From: Pseudomonadota bacterium
Lineage (GTDB): Bacteria > Bdellovibrionota > Bdellovibrionia > Bdellovibrionales > Bdellovibrionaceae
DNA: 64,000 bases
Assembly (NCBI GenBank): GCA_041178425.1
Contig: JBEGVH010000013.1
Location: 10,556 to 74,555 of the forward strand
Direction: 5' to 3'
A model generated the notes under the pieces. The model saw only the letters and a program-made list of their open reading frames with translations. It did no database searches and was not told the origin of the DNA. Shown here piece after piece: positions 28,083 through 37,940 of the stretch. Numbering within the stretch: position 1 is the stretch's first letter; each line of letters starts with the position of its first letter. The position numbers and the translations under genes are program-made.

Positions 28083-28876
28083 GACTTGCTCAGTTCCTTA
28101 ACAGTTTTCCAAAGCTCTTCTTTTTCGTTTAAGCTGAGCGCATCGAAATCCATTTTTTTGTTTTGGCATAATTCAAGCATTGAAAAATAGCGATTTTCAA
28201 ATTTTCGATTTGCCAATCTTAAACAAGTTTCAGGTTCATATCCCAGGTGGCGGACATATTGCGCCACTGAAAAAAGAAGGTCGCCAAGCTCCTCTTCGAC
28301 CTCTCTTTGGTTTTTTGAAGCGATAGCTGCGTCAACTTCATCAAGTTCCTCGAGCACTTTACTCTTAACATCATTGACGTTCGTCCAATCAAAACCACTT
28401 TTTTGTGTTTTTTTGCCGATTTTGAATGCTCGCTGAAGGGCAGGAAGCTCTAAGGGGATATCGAATTGAAATTTGGGCGATTGATTCTCTTTCTCTTTTT
28501 TCTTAATTAGCTCCCAATTAGCCAAGACTTCTTCGCTGTTAGCAACTTTTTCTGTTCCAAAGACGTGGGGGTGTCGTCGAATCATTTTTGAATTTAATTC
28601 TTGTAGAACGTCTTCCATGCTAAAGGCATTACGTTCTCGGGCTAGTTGGGCATGGAGTGCCACTTGAAAAAGGACATCGCCGAGCTCTTCCTTCATGGCT
28701 TTATCGTCGGATCGCTCAATGGTTTCAATAAACTCATAGACTTCTTCAATGGCAAAGGGTGTTAGACTTTGGTGAGTTTGTTCCTTATCCCAGGGGCAGC
28801 CATTCGGGCCTCGCAGATCAGCTACGATATCCATGAGTGCAGAAAATGATCTAAGGTCGGTTGGTACGGGGTTCAT
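28079..28876 (-). CDS. mazG: Nucleoside triphosphate pyrophosphohydrolase MazG
   Basis: LRGPNGCPWDKEQT, EELGDVLFQ, KMIRRHPHVF, second domain EELGDLLF. Confidence 0.94.
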   Translation of the reverse strand: MNPVPTDLRSFSALMDIVADLRGPNGCPWDKEQTHQSLTPFAIEEVYEFIETIERSDDKAMKEELGDVLFQVALHAQLARERNAFSMEDVLQELNSKMIRRHPHVFGTEKVANSEEVLANWELIKKKEKENQSPKFQFDIPLELPALQRAFKIGKKTQKSGFDWTNVNDVKSKVLEELDEVDAAIASKNQREVEEELGDLLFSVAQYVRHLGYEPETCLRLANRKFENRYFSMLELCQNKKMDFDALSLNEKEELWKTVKELSKS

Positions 28877-28926
28877 TTTAGCTCCTTGGGCTGGTCCTGC
28901 AAAGTTGACATTTTTTTTGAATAATT

Positions 28927-31347
28927 ATGTGTTATTATACAGGTGTGATTAAACGTCAAAATCCTAATTTTAATAGTGAACCGCCTCATATTCGTTATAA
29001 ATACGAGGTTTACACTCATCCCATTGTTGATTGGGTCAATCGTATAGGGCTCGAAAAAAATTGGTGGGGTCGGCTCCTTCTAAAAGCAGAAGCAGCCTTT
29101 AATATCCGACGATTATTCGTTTTAATGTTATTTTCTTTTGTACTTGCTTGGGTTGTTAGCTTCGAGCTGCCCGTTCCGATCAGCTACCAAGTGGGAGAGA
29201 TTGCGTCAACGACACTCAACTCTCCGATGAGTTTTCAGATGATTGATGAAGTCAGCACTGAGGAGCAGCGGCGAGAGGCTGCTGAGAGAGTTTTGCCTAT
29301 CTTTGATTTCGATATTGAAGCATATGATAAGGTTTCTAGTAGACTGCTTCATACTTTTCGCCAGCTAAGAACTGAACTCCGAAATAAGAAATTGAATCAA
29401 AAATTGCCACTAGAATGGGTTCAACAGAAGATTAATTCGCAGTTAGGAATCGATTGTCCCGAATATCTGGTGAGTTGGCTTGTTCGAAGTGAGTTTAATA
29501 CAAATATTGAAACAACCATCCTAAATATTTTAGACCAATGGTTTTCCGAAAAAATTATTTCAAAAGCAGAAAACGAAAAGATTACTCGTTTTACGACCGT
29601 TTCAATGAGATCGAGGCAGCGTCCTGAGAGGGAGCTCATAATCGATCGCAATGAGTTTATGGTTTTGGGTGACCATGATTTGTTTAGGCTTAAAGATTTT
29701 CCGGGATTAGATAGATTAAGCCCTGAAGAGCGAGACAATCTTTACTCTTTTACCCACTTGATGTTGGTACCCAATGTATCATTAAATGAGCAGGACGGTG
29801 CAATAAGGCGAACGACGGCTCAGGATATGGTTCCTCCAGTTATTATAAACATCAAAAAAAACCAGCCAATAATAACGGAGGGAAGTCGAATAACTCCTAG
29901 AGATTTGGCGATCGTTCATCAAATTCAAGGTTTACAGAAAGAAAATAGTCCATCTCTCAAATCCTTCTTCGTAAGTCTGATTCTTGTCACTTTAATGTTG
30001 GCAGCCCGATCATTTTTTAAACATTATTCTTCGCAAAGGTTTAAGATCACTGGAAAAGATTTCTTTGTGATGAGCCTGATTATGTTAGGCGAGGTTGTGT
30101 TCACGAAGTCTTTCCTCTTTGTGACTGAGGGATCAATTTTAACCCGATTCTCAAGTCTATTGCCGTCTGATGTTTTTCTAGCTCTGGCCCCATTGGCCTC
30201 TGGTCCAATGTTAGTCGCACTATTATTGACTTCGGGCGAGGTGGTTTTTTTCTTCAGTCTTTTTCTAGGGGCGATCGTTGGAATGATGGTTGGCCATAGT
30301 TATTTTTGGATTCTCTTTGTTTGGATTTCAGGGTTGGCAGCCTCTCGAGGAGTTTTGAGCTGTAAGACAAGGAACGATATTTATTTAGGTGGAATTCGTT
30401 GTGGAATTGTCAGCGCTGTTGTGCTCGGTTGTTGGCAGATCGTTCAGAATTACCAGGCGGTCAATTTTGTGAGAGATCTAATGATCTTAATCGGAGCGGG
30501 ATTTTTTAGTGGTATTCTCTCGGCGATGATGGCAATGGTCTTTGTTCCCATTTTAGAATCTCTTTTCAACTACACCACCGACGTCAAACTTCTAGAATTA
30601 AGTAATCTCAATCATCCTCTGCTAAAGGAGATGCTGGTGAAGTCGCCGGGGACCTATCACCACTCTATGATGGTTGGATCAATGGTTGAGGCTGCCGCTG
30701 AGGAAATTGGCGCCAACCCGCTCTTGGGGAAGGTTATTTGCTACTATCATGATATAGGTAAGTTAGTGCATGCGAATTATTTTATAGAAAATCAAAAGGT
30801 AGGGCAAAATCCTCACGATCATATTTCGCCCTACATGAGCAAAACACTTCTTATCGCCCACGTCAAAGATGGCGTGGAGATGGGTATGAAGTATAAATTG
30901 GGTCAACCCATCATTGATGGAATTTTGCAGCACCATGGAACTACGCTCATTAATTTCTTCTACAATAAAGCCTTAGATATGGCCGAAGAAGGACAAGAGG
31001 TTGCTGAGGAGGATTTTCGTTATCCGGGGCCAAAGCCCCAGTTTCGTGAAGCAGCTTTATGTATGTTGGCAGACAGTATTGAAGCGGCCGCGAGATCTCT
31101 CGACGAGCCCACCCCAGCGCGTTTGCAAAATATAGTCCGAAATATCATTCAAAAGAAATTCTTAGATGGGCAACTCGATGAGTGTAATTTAACCCTCAAA
31201 GATTTAACGAAGGTTGAAAATGCTTTCGTGAGAATTCTATTCGGTATTTACCACCAGCGAATTGATTATCCAAAAGAAAGCATCGCCCACCAAACTCTGG
31301 GTCTAACAGGAAAGCCGCTCAAACAAAATGAGCGATCCAAAGTGTGA
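28927..31347 (+). CDS. 7TM-HD family phosphohydrolase (PgpH-like)
   Basis: Extracellular domain, multiple TM helices, LLELSNLNHPLL, PGTYHHS, YYHDIGK, HHGT, FRYPGPKP, LADSIEAA; start may be GTG 28945. Confidence 0.9.
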   Translation: MCYYTGVIKRQNPNFNSEPPHIRYKYEVYTHPIVDWVNRIGLEKNWWGRLLLKAEAAFNIRRLFVLMLFSFVLAWVVSFELPVPISYQVGEIASTTLNSPMSFQMIDEVSTEEQRREAAERVLPIFDFDIEAYDKVSSRLLHTFRQLRTELRNKKLNQKLPLEWVQQKINSQLGIDCPEYLVSWLVRSEFNTNIETTILNILDQWFSEKIISKAENEKITRFTTVSMRSRQRPERELIIDRNEFMVLGDHDLFRLKDFPGLDRLSPEERDNLYSFTHLMLVPNVSLNEQDGAIRRTTAQDMVPPVIINIKKNQPIITEGSRITPRDLAIVHQIQGLQKENSPSLKSFFVSLILVTLMLAARSFFKHYSSQRFKITGKDFFVMSLIMLGEVVFTKSFLFVTEGSILTRFSSLLPSDVFLALAPLASGPMLVALLLTSGEVVFFFSLFLGAIVGMMVGHSYFWILFVWISGLAASRGVLSCKTRNDIYLGGIRCGIVSAVVLGCWQIVQNYQAVNFVRDLMILIGAGFFSGILSAMMAMVFVPILESLFNYTTDVKLLELSNLNHPLLKEMLVKSPGTYHHSMMVGSMVEAAAEEIGANPLLGKVICYYHDIGKLVHANYFIENQKVGQNPHDHISPYMSKTLLIAHVKDGVEMGMKYKLGQPIIDGILQHHGTTLINFFYNKALDMAEEGQEVAEEDFRYPGPKPQFREAALCMLADSIEAAARSLDEPTPARLQNIVRNIIQKKFLDGQLDECNLTLKDLTKVENAFVRILFGIYHQRIDYPKESIAHQTLGLTGKPLKQNERSKV

Positions 31348-31395
31348 TTTGAATCGCTCAATAATAATCTAAGGCTTTGATCAGTAAACTTTACT

Positions 31396-32337
31396 CTAAT
31401 TGGTCAGAAGAGATTCAAAAAACTCCCTCTGCCTTAATTCGATTTTATTTGCAGAAGCCCGACTGATTCCCTTCAAATGCCGTGGATCAGTAACTTGTTC
31501 AAAGTGGTCAAGATTCAAATGCATGTCAGGGTGAGAAACGATTTTTATCGAATTCTTTTCGACAGCAGGTGATTGTTCAAAAGTAGATAATGCCGATCGA
31601 CGACTAATTAACCCATCATTGGTGTTTTCAATTAAAAAAGAGAATCCACTCAATAGAGAAGAAAGATGCGTGTATTCATTCTCGCTTGCATTACCTGCCT
31701 TGGACTCAGCTTGAGTTCCAGAGTAGGTATTTAATTCCAAGGAGCTTGGTAGATTCAGCGAGGATAAAAACTCTTCAATTTTTTCAGAAGTATAATCAAA
31801 AGTTCTTCCCAGCTTGAATGACGGATAATTAGTTTCAAATAAAAGTGTTAACTGATCGCGAACAATGAGGTTACTTTTGAGTATATTAGCGAGCTCCAGG
31901 CCGCGAAGTGGGGTGGAGATAAGGTGGGCTTTCTCAAAGGAAAGTTTTTTATCTTGCTGTTGATTTAAAGAGATAGCCTCGAGCGCAAAGAGTCCCCCGA
32001 TACCGTGGGCTATGACCTCTATAGGAAGTTCGCGTCGATCTGAATCTGCGCTATGCCACTTTAAAATCTGCTCCAGGGCCAATCGGCCATTTTCCTTGAG
32101 GGTCGTTTTGCTGTCGACAGCATTGGCGATCATCCAGTGGCAGGCAACGCGAGAAAATGTTGATCTGATCGCTGGGCTGAGTGGAAAAAAAACAGACTTT
32201 GCGTCAGTGAGCTCTGATTTCTGAAGCCCGCTTGGTACGAAGACGAGAGCACGTTTATTATCGCATGCGCCATCAGCTTGTGCCCGTAAAGGAAGGCCGC
32301 AAAAGAGGACACTAACAATTAGGAAAAGTCTCTTCAT
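31396..32337 (-). CDS. Secreted alpha/beta-hydrolase-fold (lipase-like) protein lacking the nucleophile Ser
   Basis: Signal peptide MKRLFLIVSVLF; IAHGIGGL, ISTPLRG, NDGLI, LDHFEQ. Confidence 0.7.
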   Translation of the reverse strand: MKRLFLIVSVLFCGLPLRAQADGACDNKRALVFVPSGLQKSELTDAKSVFFPLSPAIRSTFSRVACHWMIANAVDSKTTLKENGRLALEQILKWHSADSDRRELPIEVIAHGIGGLFALEAISLNQQQDKKLSFEKAHLISTPLRGLELANILKSNLIVRDQLTLLFETNYPSFKLGRTFDYTSEKIEEFLSSLNLPSSLELNTYSGTQAESKAGNASENEYTHLSSLLSGFSFLIENTNDGLISRRSALSTFEQSPAVEKNSIKIVSHPDMHLNLDHFEQVTDPRHLKGISRASANKIELRQREFFESLLTN

Positions 32338-32341
32338 TGAA

Positions 32342-32623
32342 CTATTCCATTTTGTTGACGTCGTCTTTGAGTTCCTTACCAACTTTAAAAAAGGGAAGTT
32401 TTTTTTCTTCGACATTGATGATTTCTCCAGTCCTTGGATTACGTCCTTTATAGGCGTCGTACTTGCGATTCACGAAGGAACCAAAGCCACGAATTTCGAT
32501 GCGATCATCTCGCATTAAAGCTTCAACCATAGTGTCAAAGACAGTATTCACTGCCGCTTCTGCTTTCACGCGAGTAATTCCCGCCTTCGTAGCAACTTTA
32601 TTAATGAGATCGGCCTTGGTCAT
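32342..32623 (-). CDS. HU/IHF-beta family DNA-binding protein
   Basis: MTKADLI, RIEIRGFGSF, GRNPRTG, PFFKVGKELK. Confidence 0.93.
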   Translation of the reverse strand: MTKADLINKVATKAGITRVKAEAAVNTVFDTMVEALMRDDRIEIRGFGSFVNRKYDAYKGRNPRTGEIINVEEKKLPFFKVGKELKDDVNKME

Positions 32624-32716
32624 ATTTCATCCTTGTAACATGCTGAATTGACTTAATTTTAGAATAGCTCAATAAATGGCATTTATGTAAATGCCTAACT
32701 TGAATAATGTGAGGCG

Positions 32717-34015
32717 TCAGTGATTTTCTGTACCCAAATTTGCGTGATCCAATTTAAATTCTGGTTTTTGAAAAAAACCAGAATTGTTTAAAATTTTAAA
32801 ATAAGCGTTAATAGTTGCTTGGACCATCTTTTTGGTATCAAAAAAATTGGTCACTTTTTTTCGGGCTTTTTCGCCAATAGGGCTGGGGTTTATATTGCCT
32901 GAGAAAATATCAATAAGAAGTTCAGAGAGACTTTCTATGTCTGCGGGTCTTAATAAAAAACCATCAACAGAGTCTTCAATGATGTTAGCCACAGCACTTA
33001 CTTCGGAGCCAATAACAAGCTTTTCTTGGGCCATTGATTCGATCAGGGTAGATTCAAATCCAGTTGTTCTCGCGCTGAGGTTAATGAAGACGTCACAAAT
33101 TGAAATGTAGTCTGGAATATCTTGTTCTTTGACCGCTCCCACCATTAGAACTCTTCGTCCAAGTGCCAAATTTAGAATTTCAAATTCTAATTCTTTCCAC
33201 TTCGGCCCGTTGCCCAAAATTATTAAATAGGCGTTTGGTTTTTTGATTGCCACTTTTTCAAAAGCTTTCAGAAGTGGCATAATCTCATCAAGTTCATTCA
33301 TATCACTGGGTGTAATGGCTACTTTTGCAGACGCTGGAATATTTAAGCTCGTCCGTAATTCTTTTGCCTCTTCCCTCGGTTCTAAATTTCCAATTTCAAT
33401 CCCATAGGGAACAGTATAAATATGGAAGTCTGGATAAAGATAGTAACGCTCTAGCATTAATCGTTGCTGGGGGTTGGTCACGAATACGCCATTGGCTGTT
33501 TTTAAGAGTTGGCGATCGCCGCCATAAAATGTTGAAAGAAATTTATATAGGGCTGCGATAGCAGTAGATAAAATTCCCCCAACCGTCTCTTGGCCCATCG
33601 CCAAAATAGCAAGAACCTGAACCATCTGAGTGGCATCCGCATCATAGGCGACCGCCACTTTAAAGTCGTTTTTCAGCTCACCTACTTTGAGAGCCGAGTT
33701 GTCAATGCTGTGCACGAGATCAAAAGACTCTTGTTTGTGAAGTTCCTTGAATTTTGAGAGAGCCATTTTGGAAAAAACTTCGCGCGATTCAATATGGCTT
33801 CCTTCCAAAATGAAATAGGCAGTAACGCCACCTCGTTCAACCTTTGGTTTACCCATGTTGCTTCGTCCAGCAATAATGGTGACCTTATGTCCATGAGCGG
33901 CCAGTCCCGTTGCAATAGGCCAAAGAAAACCATGGTCGGAGGCTCTTCCCAAAATATGAAATTTTTGGGCCATTAGGCAGATATTTAGCTTTTGAGGAAA
34001 AGGTCGCTTCGCCAT
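32717..34015 (-). CDS. Glycosyltransferase family 4 (GT-B)
   Basis: GLAAHGHKVTII, VPYGI, ILGNGP, GFE..LIESMA, IIEDSVDGFL. Confidence 0.85.
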   Translation of the reverse strand: MAKRPFPQKLNICLMAQKFHILGRASDHGFLWPIATGLAAHGHKVTIIAGRSNMGKPKVERGGVTAYFILEGSHIESREVFSKMALSKFKELHKQESFDLVHSIDNSALKVGELKNDFKVAVAYDADATQMVQVLAILAMGQETVGGILSTAIAALYKFLSTFYGGDRQLLKTANGVFVTNPQQRLMLERYYLYPDFHIYTVPYGIEIGNLEPREEAKELRTSLNIPASAKVAITPSDMNELDEIMPLLKAFEKVAIKKPNAYLIILGNGPKWKELEFEILNLALGRRVLMVGAVKEQDIPDYISICDVFINLSARTTGFESTLIESMAQEKLVIGSEVSAVANIIEDSVDGFLLRPADIESLSELLIDIFSGNINPSPIGEKARKKVTNFFDTKKMVQATINAYFKILNNSGFFQKPEFKLDHANLGTENH

Positions 34016-34034
34016 AACACTAATACTATAATTA

Positions 34035-35042
34035 CTAGTTCTGAAAATCCAGTTTTATAAAAGATCTCAAAATCTGGTTAGAAATTTGATCGCGATACTG
34101 TTTTAACTCTAATTTAGTTGAAAACGGGAGTTTTACGAAGGGATTGTTCCAGGGGCGGTTGGTATTTTGTCTTTGTGACTCACTCCAGAACCAGAAGGTA
34201 TCTCCATCTTTCCAGGGAGCCTTTAGGTGGCTTCGAGTGTAAGTATCCATAATAATACACACTTCGAGTTCCGTAGCGAGATCAATAAGATCTGTTTCGC
34301 TAAAGGGAAGCTCTTGCTCACCGAGGAGAACTAGATAGCGAACGTCGGACCAATCTTCAAAGTTCAGCCGAGGGGAGTGAGTTTGAAACTGTGTCCAAAA
34401 GGAAGAAAACTGTTCGCGAATTTTGTTTTGTTGGCGAATGGCAAGTCGCTCCCAATTCCAAAACTCAAGAATATTTTCGCGATTCATTAGGAGACAGGTC
34501 ATGAGTTTCTGCCAAGCTGGATCTACTCCCACGAGAGATGGAAATACCCAGCGGTGGCGGTAAAAATCGACCCCGCTCTCATTCAATCTGGTCTCTCGAT
34601 GACCTGGTTGACTTGGTAAACTTAAACTTCGCTTGCATGGTAGGGACTGGGTTTCTGAAAATAGGCTTCCAAAGGCTTTGAGCCAAAGACGAAAAGCCCA
34701 GGAGGCTTTAGGCCATTCGGAATGAGTTAGGGTCGTATCTGGGACTGTTTTCGCCAGGGTGGCGATTGCGCCCAAACCACTGAGTTGCCTTGCACTGGGG
34801 TTTGCGGGCAGAATAAAGTGAAAATGAACCGGCTTTTGCTGAAGGAACCACGGAAGAAGTCTACCTATCTCCAAGGGAGAATAGGATTCAAGGCATTGAA
34901 GCATTTCGACATAGGGATCGATGAAAGAGTGGGTGTATTTTTCGCTGATTATCTTTATTGAAAAAGTCTCCCTGGTTACTTGAATCAGTTCCTCTAGGTG
35001 GGGACTCCAATGTGGGGCAATAAAAACAAGAACCGACTTCAT
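34035..35042 (-). CDS. Hypothetical protein
   Basis: 335-aa ORF tightly packed in the minus-strand operon; no recognised motif. Confidence 0.65.
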   Translation of the reverse strand: MKSVLVFIAPHWSPHLEELIQVTRETFSIKIISEKYTHSFIDPYVEMLQCLESYSPLEIGRLLPWFLQQKPVHFHFILPANPSARQLSGLGAIATLAKTVPDTTLTHSEWPKASWAFRLWLKAFGSLFSETQSLPCKRSLSLPSQPGHRETRLNESGVDFYRHRWVFPSLVGVDPAWQKLMTCLLMNRENILEFWNWERLAIRQQNKIREQFSSFWTQFQTHSPRLNFEDWSDVRYLVLLGEQELPFSETDLIDLATELEVCIIMDTYTRSHLKAPWKDGDTFWFWSESQRQNTNRPWNNPFVKLPFSTKLELKQYRDQISNQILRSFIKLDFQN

Positions 35043-35045
35043 AAT

Positions 35046-35468
35046 TTAATTCTGCAAAATCTTAAGAAGCTGATTGAGAATGCGCCGATTGGCTTCGGGA
35101 ATGGCTCTTGTTTTTAATTCTTCGGGATAAACCCATTCTATTTGAGCATGATGGTTTGCTTTAGGTTCACCCTTCCAGTAGGGGACGTCATAGAAAAGAA
35201 TTATAATCCCAACATCTTCGTAGCAATGGGTCACTGCCAATTCTAGCTTGCCGATCTGTGCTTCGATGCCAATCTCCTCCTGCAACTCGCGAGCAAGGGC
35301 TTCCTCTGGAGATTCACCGAGCTCAATTTTGCCCCCAGGAAACTCCCACTGACCAGCTAAACTGTGATTTTCAGGCCTTTGACCAACAAGCACTTGGGGA
35401 CCTTTTTTTAGAAGGCCCGCAACGACAGGTATCCAATGTTTTTTATTACGCTTAGACTTTAATGCCAT
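35046..35468 (-). CDS. mutT: Nudix hydrolase, MutT/NudG-like
   Basis: WEFPGGKIELGESPEEALARELQEEIGI Nudix box. Confidence 0.85.
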   Translation of the reverse strand: MALKSKRNKKHWIPVVAGLLKKGPQVLVGQRPENHSLAGQWEFPGGKIELGESPEEALARELQEEIGIEAQIGKLELAVTHCYEDVGIIILFYDVPYWKGEPKANHHAQIEWVYPEELKTRAIPEANRRILNQLLKILQN

Positions 35469-36430
35469 TGAAACCTTGCTGCTTTTTTAAAAAAAAGCGG
35501 TCCATGGTAAATCAGGGCAGCATAGATCTGAGTAAGATCGGCACCATTTTCGAGGCGCCACGCAATCTCTTCACAGTCCATAATTCCACCGGCAGATACT
35601 ATAAGAAAATTCTTTTTATCGTGTCCGAGGTGAGAGACCGCAGTCTGAAGAGTTTTTCGAGAAATAAGTCGGAGGGGAGAGCCGGAAACACCTCCCTCGC
35701 TAGGAAATGGCAAATTCCCAGGACGCTGTAAGGTTGTATTCGTAAGAATAAAGCCATCCATTTTTTCTTGGGCGCCAAGGTCTATAGCCTCTCTCAGTTG
35801 GTCGTCACTCATATCTGGGCTAAGCTTCAATAAAAGATTCTTGTTAGGTGCCGATTGACGAACTTCAGATAGGAAGACTCTGAGATGCTCTCGGCTCTGT
35901 AAGTCTCTTAACCCCTTTGTGTTCGGGCTACTAATGTTAATTACAAAAGTAGTCCCACAATTTTGGAGTGTTTGGAGGGCTGATTTATAGTCATCAATTG
36001 CATGGTCATTATCAGTGTCGCGGTTTTTGCCAATATTTATAAATAATGGAACTTTGAGATCTGGCAGGATGCTCTCAATTTTTTCTTTTACAAATTCTGC
36101 GCCGGGATTGGGGAAACCCATTTTATTCCAAACAGAAAGAGTTTTGCTGTCTCGATCCATAATTGTTCCGGGATTTGGGCCTTGAGGGCGAGGAGTCACG
36201 GTGCCCACTTCCAAAAAACCGGCACCAAGTTTTTGCCAATGCAGTAGCTGATTTCCTTGTTTATCTACGCCACCAGCGATACCCAGTGGATTTTCAAACT
36301 GTTGATTTTTCCAGGATAATGGTTTCCAGCGAGTCGGCCCCTCTTTGTGAAAAAAGCTTAGCACCGGCAAAATTGCAGGTGCTAAGTTATGAGACCAGCT
36401 TGGTGGTATCCAAAGCCACGGTTTAATCAT
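35459..36430 (-). CDS. pyrD: Quinone-dependent dihydroorotate dehydrogenase
   Basis: NPLGIAGGVDK, GTVTPRPQ, NIGKN, NISSPNT.GLR, KLSPD, TNTT, GGVSG. Confidence 0.94.
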   Translation of the reverse strand: MIKPWLWIPPSWSHNLAPAILPVLSFFHKEGPTRWKPLSWKNQQFENPLGIAGGVDKQGNQLLHWQKLGAGFLEVGTVTPRPQGPNPGTIMDRDSKTLSVWNKMGFPNPGAEFVKEKIESILPDLKVPLFINIGKNRDTDNDHAIDDYKSALQTLQNCGTTFVINISSPNTKGLRDLQSREHLRVFLSEVRQSAPNKNLLLKLSPDMSDDQLREAIDLGAQEKMDGFILTNTTLQRPGNLPFPSEGGVSGSPLRLISRKTLQTAVSHLGHDKKNFLIVSAGGIMDCEEIAWRLENGADLTQIYAALIYHGPLFFKKAARFQWH

Positions 36431-37710
36431 CGAGGGTAGAGTCCTCTCAAAAGCATGGCTTTTTCTAATCGCTTTACAGCAACACCCATTGCAGCGGAAC
36501 GCATGTCGACCTTTTTTTCTTGAGCTGTTTGATAAGTGGTATCGAACGCTTTGGTGATAATCGACTTAAGTTTTCCGTTAATATCATCTTCTTCCCAAAA
36601 GAAAGACATGATGTCTTGAACCCATTCAAAATAAGAAACGATAACTCCTCCGCCGTTAGCAATGATATCGGGGGCAATGAAGATACCATTTTGATGAAGA
36701 ATTTTGGTCGCATTCATTGTTACAGGTCCGTTGGCCCCTTCGATAACCATTTTTGCTTTAACGTTTTTTGCATTTTTCTCATCGATAACGCCCTCAAGTG
36801 CACAAGGGAGAAGAGCATCAACTGGTAATTCAAGGAGATCTGCATTTGAAATATCTTTAGCTCCAGGAAAGCCCTTCAGAGTTTTGTTGGTCTTGAAGTA
36901 TTCTTGAAGCTTAGGTATGTCGAGACCGTCGCCGTTGAAGATTCCACCGTCTACGTCAGAAACTGCAATAATTTTTGCCCCTCTTTGTGAGGCATAAAGA
37001 GCAGCATGAGAACCGACATTTCCGAATCCCTGAATGGCTATGGTGGCACCGGACATTTTTTTGCCTTGGGTTTCAAAGGCTCGTTCCGTGATATAAATAA
37101 CTCCAAGCCCTGTAGCGCCAACACGTCCCAGGGTGCCTCCAATTTCAACCGGTTTGCCAGTCACGACGCCGGGTTGAGTGAATCCACCTTGTTCTTGAGA
37201 GTAGGTGTCCATCATCCACGCCATCGTTTGCGCATCAGTTCCTACGTCGGGCGCCGGAATATCCTTTGCGGGTCCAATGAAAGAAGCAATTTCAGAAGTG
37301 TAGCGCCGAGTTAAATTTTGTTTCTCCGTTCTAGATAATTTTCGAGGATCAACAGTGATTCCACCCTTCGCGCCTCCATAGGGAAGACCAAGCACTGAAT
37401 TTTTGAAAGTCATGAGAGCTGCTAAACCAGCAACTTCACCAAGATCGACATTTTGGTGATATCTTATGCCGCCTTTATAAGGGCCAAGGGTTGCGTTGTA
37501 TTGGACTCTATAGCCCATAAAAACTTGAACCGATTGGTCATCCATTCTGACGGGAACCGCCACGCTGACGCATTTGCGGGGCAGTTTCAAACGATTTACG
37601 ATGTTTTGATCGATTTTCATGAGTTGCGCTGCTTCCTCGATTCCTTGCGTGGCATTGAGAAAAAGAGGATGTTTCAGGTATTCAGGTAGTGCTAAGTTTT
37701 GATTGTTCAT
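36427..37710 (-). CDS. gdhA: Glutamate dehydrogenase (Glu/Leu/Phe/Val family)
   Basis: GPYKGGIRYH, GGAKGG, DIPAPDVGT, VTGKP, QGFGNVG, EGANGP, NGGGVIVSYFEW. Confidence 0.93.
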   Translation of the reverse strand: MNNQNLALPEYLKHPLFLNATQGIEEAAQLMKIDQNIVNRLKLPRKCVSVAVPVRMDDQSVQVFMGYRVQYNATLGPYKGGIRYHQNVDLGEVAGLAALMTFKNSVLGLPYGGAKGGITVDPRKLSRTEKQNLTRRYTSEIASFIGPAKDIPAPDVGTDAQTMAWMMDTYSQEQGGFTQPGVVTGKPVEIGGTLGRVGATGLGVIYITERAFETQGKKMSGATIAIQGFGNVGSHAALYASQRGAKIIAVSDVDGGIFNGDGLDIPKLQEYFKTNKTLKGFPGAKDISNADLLELPVDALLPCALEGVIDEKNAKNVKAKMVIEGANGPVTMNATKILHQNGIFIAPDIIANGGGVIVSYFEWVQDIMSFFWEEDDINGKLKSIITKAFDTTYQTAQEKKVDMRSAAMGVAVKRLEKAMLLRGLYPR

Positions 37711-37940
37711 ATTAATTAAAGTTCCTTTTTCTAAGGTTATTTTCCAATTAACATAGTGAGTTTATGAAGTTATAATCACAATGTCGAGAGGGAAAGCCGA
37801 CCAGGGCGTAACTTGTTGCTTGATGCCATTGAAGAGTCCGGAATTGTATTTGTTAAATTGGGTTCGTGGCTCAGGCTTTTGGATTGGCACGAGGCTTTCA
37901 TTGAAAACTTGAGCGCAAACAATGAATAGGAATTGTTGAG

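Noticed and set aside
37885..37900. TGGCACGAGGCTTTCA as a sigma54 promoter for rfaE1
   Set aside because: Good -24 box, but the -12 position reads TC rather than GC; not supportable without TSS data.
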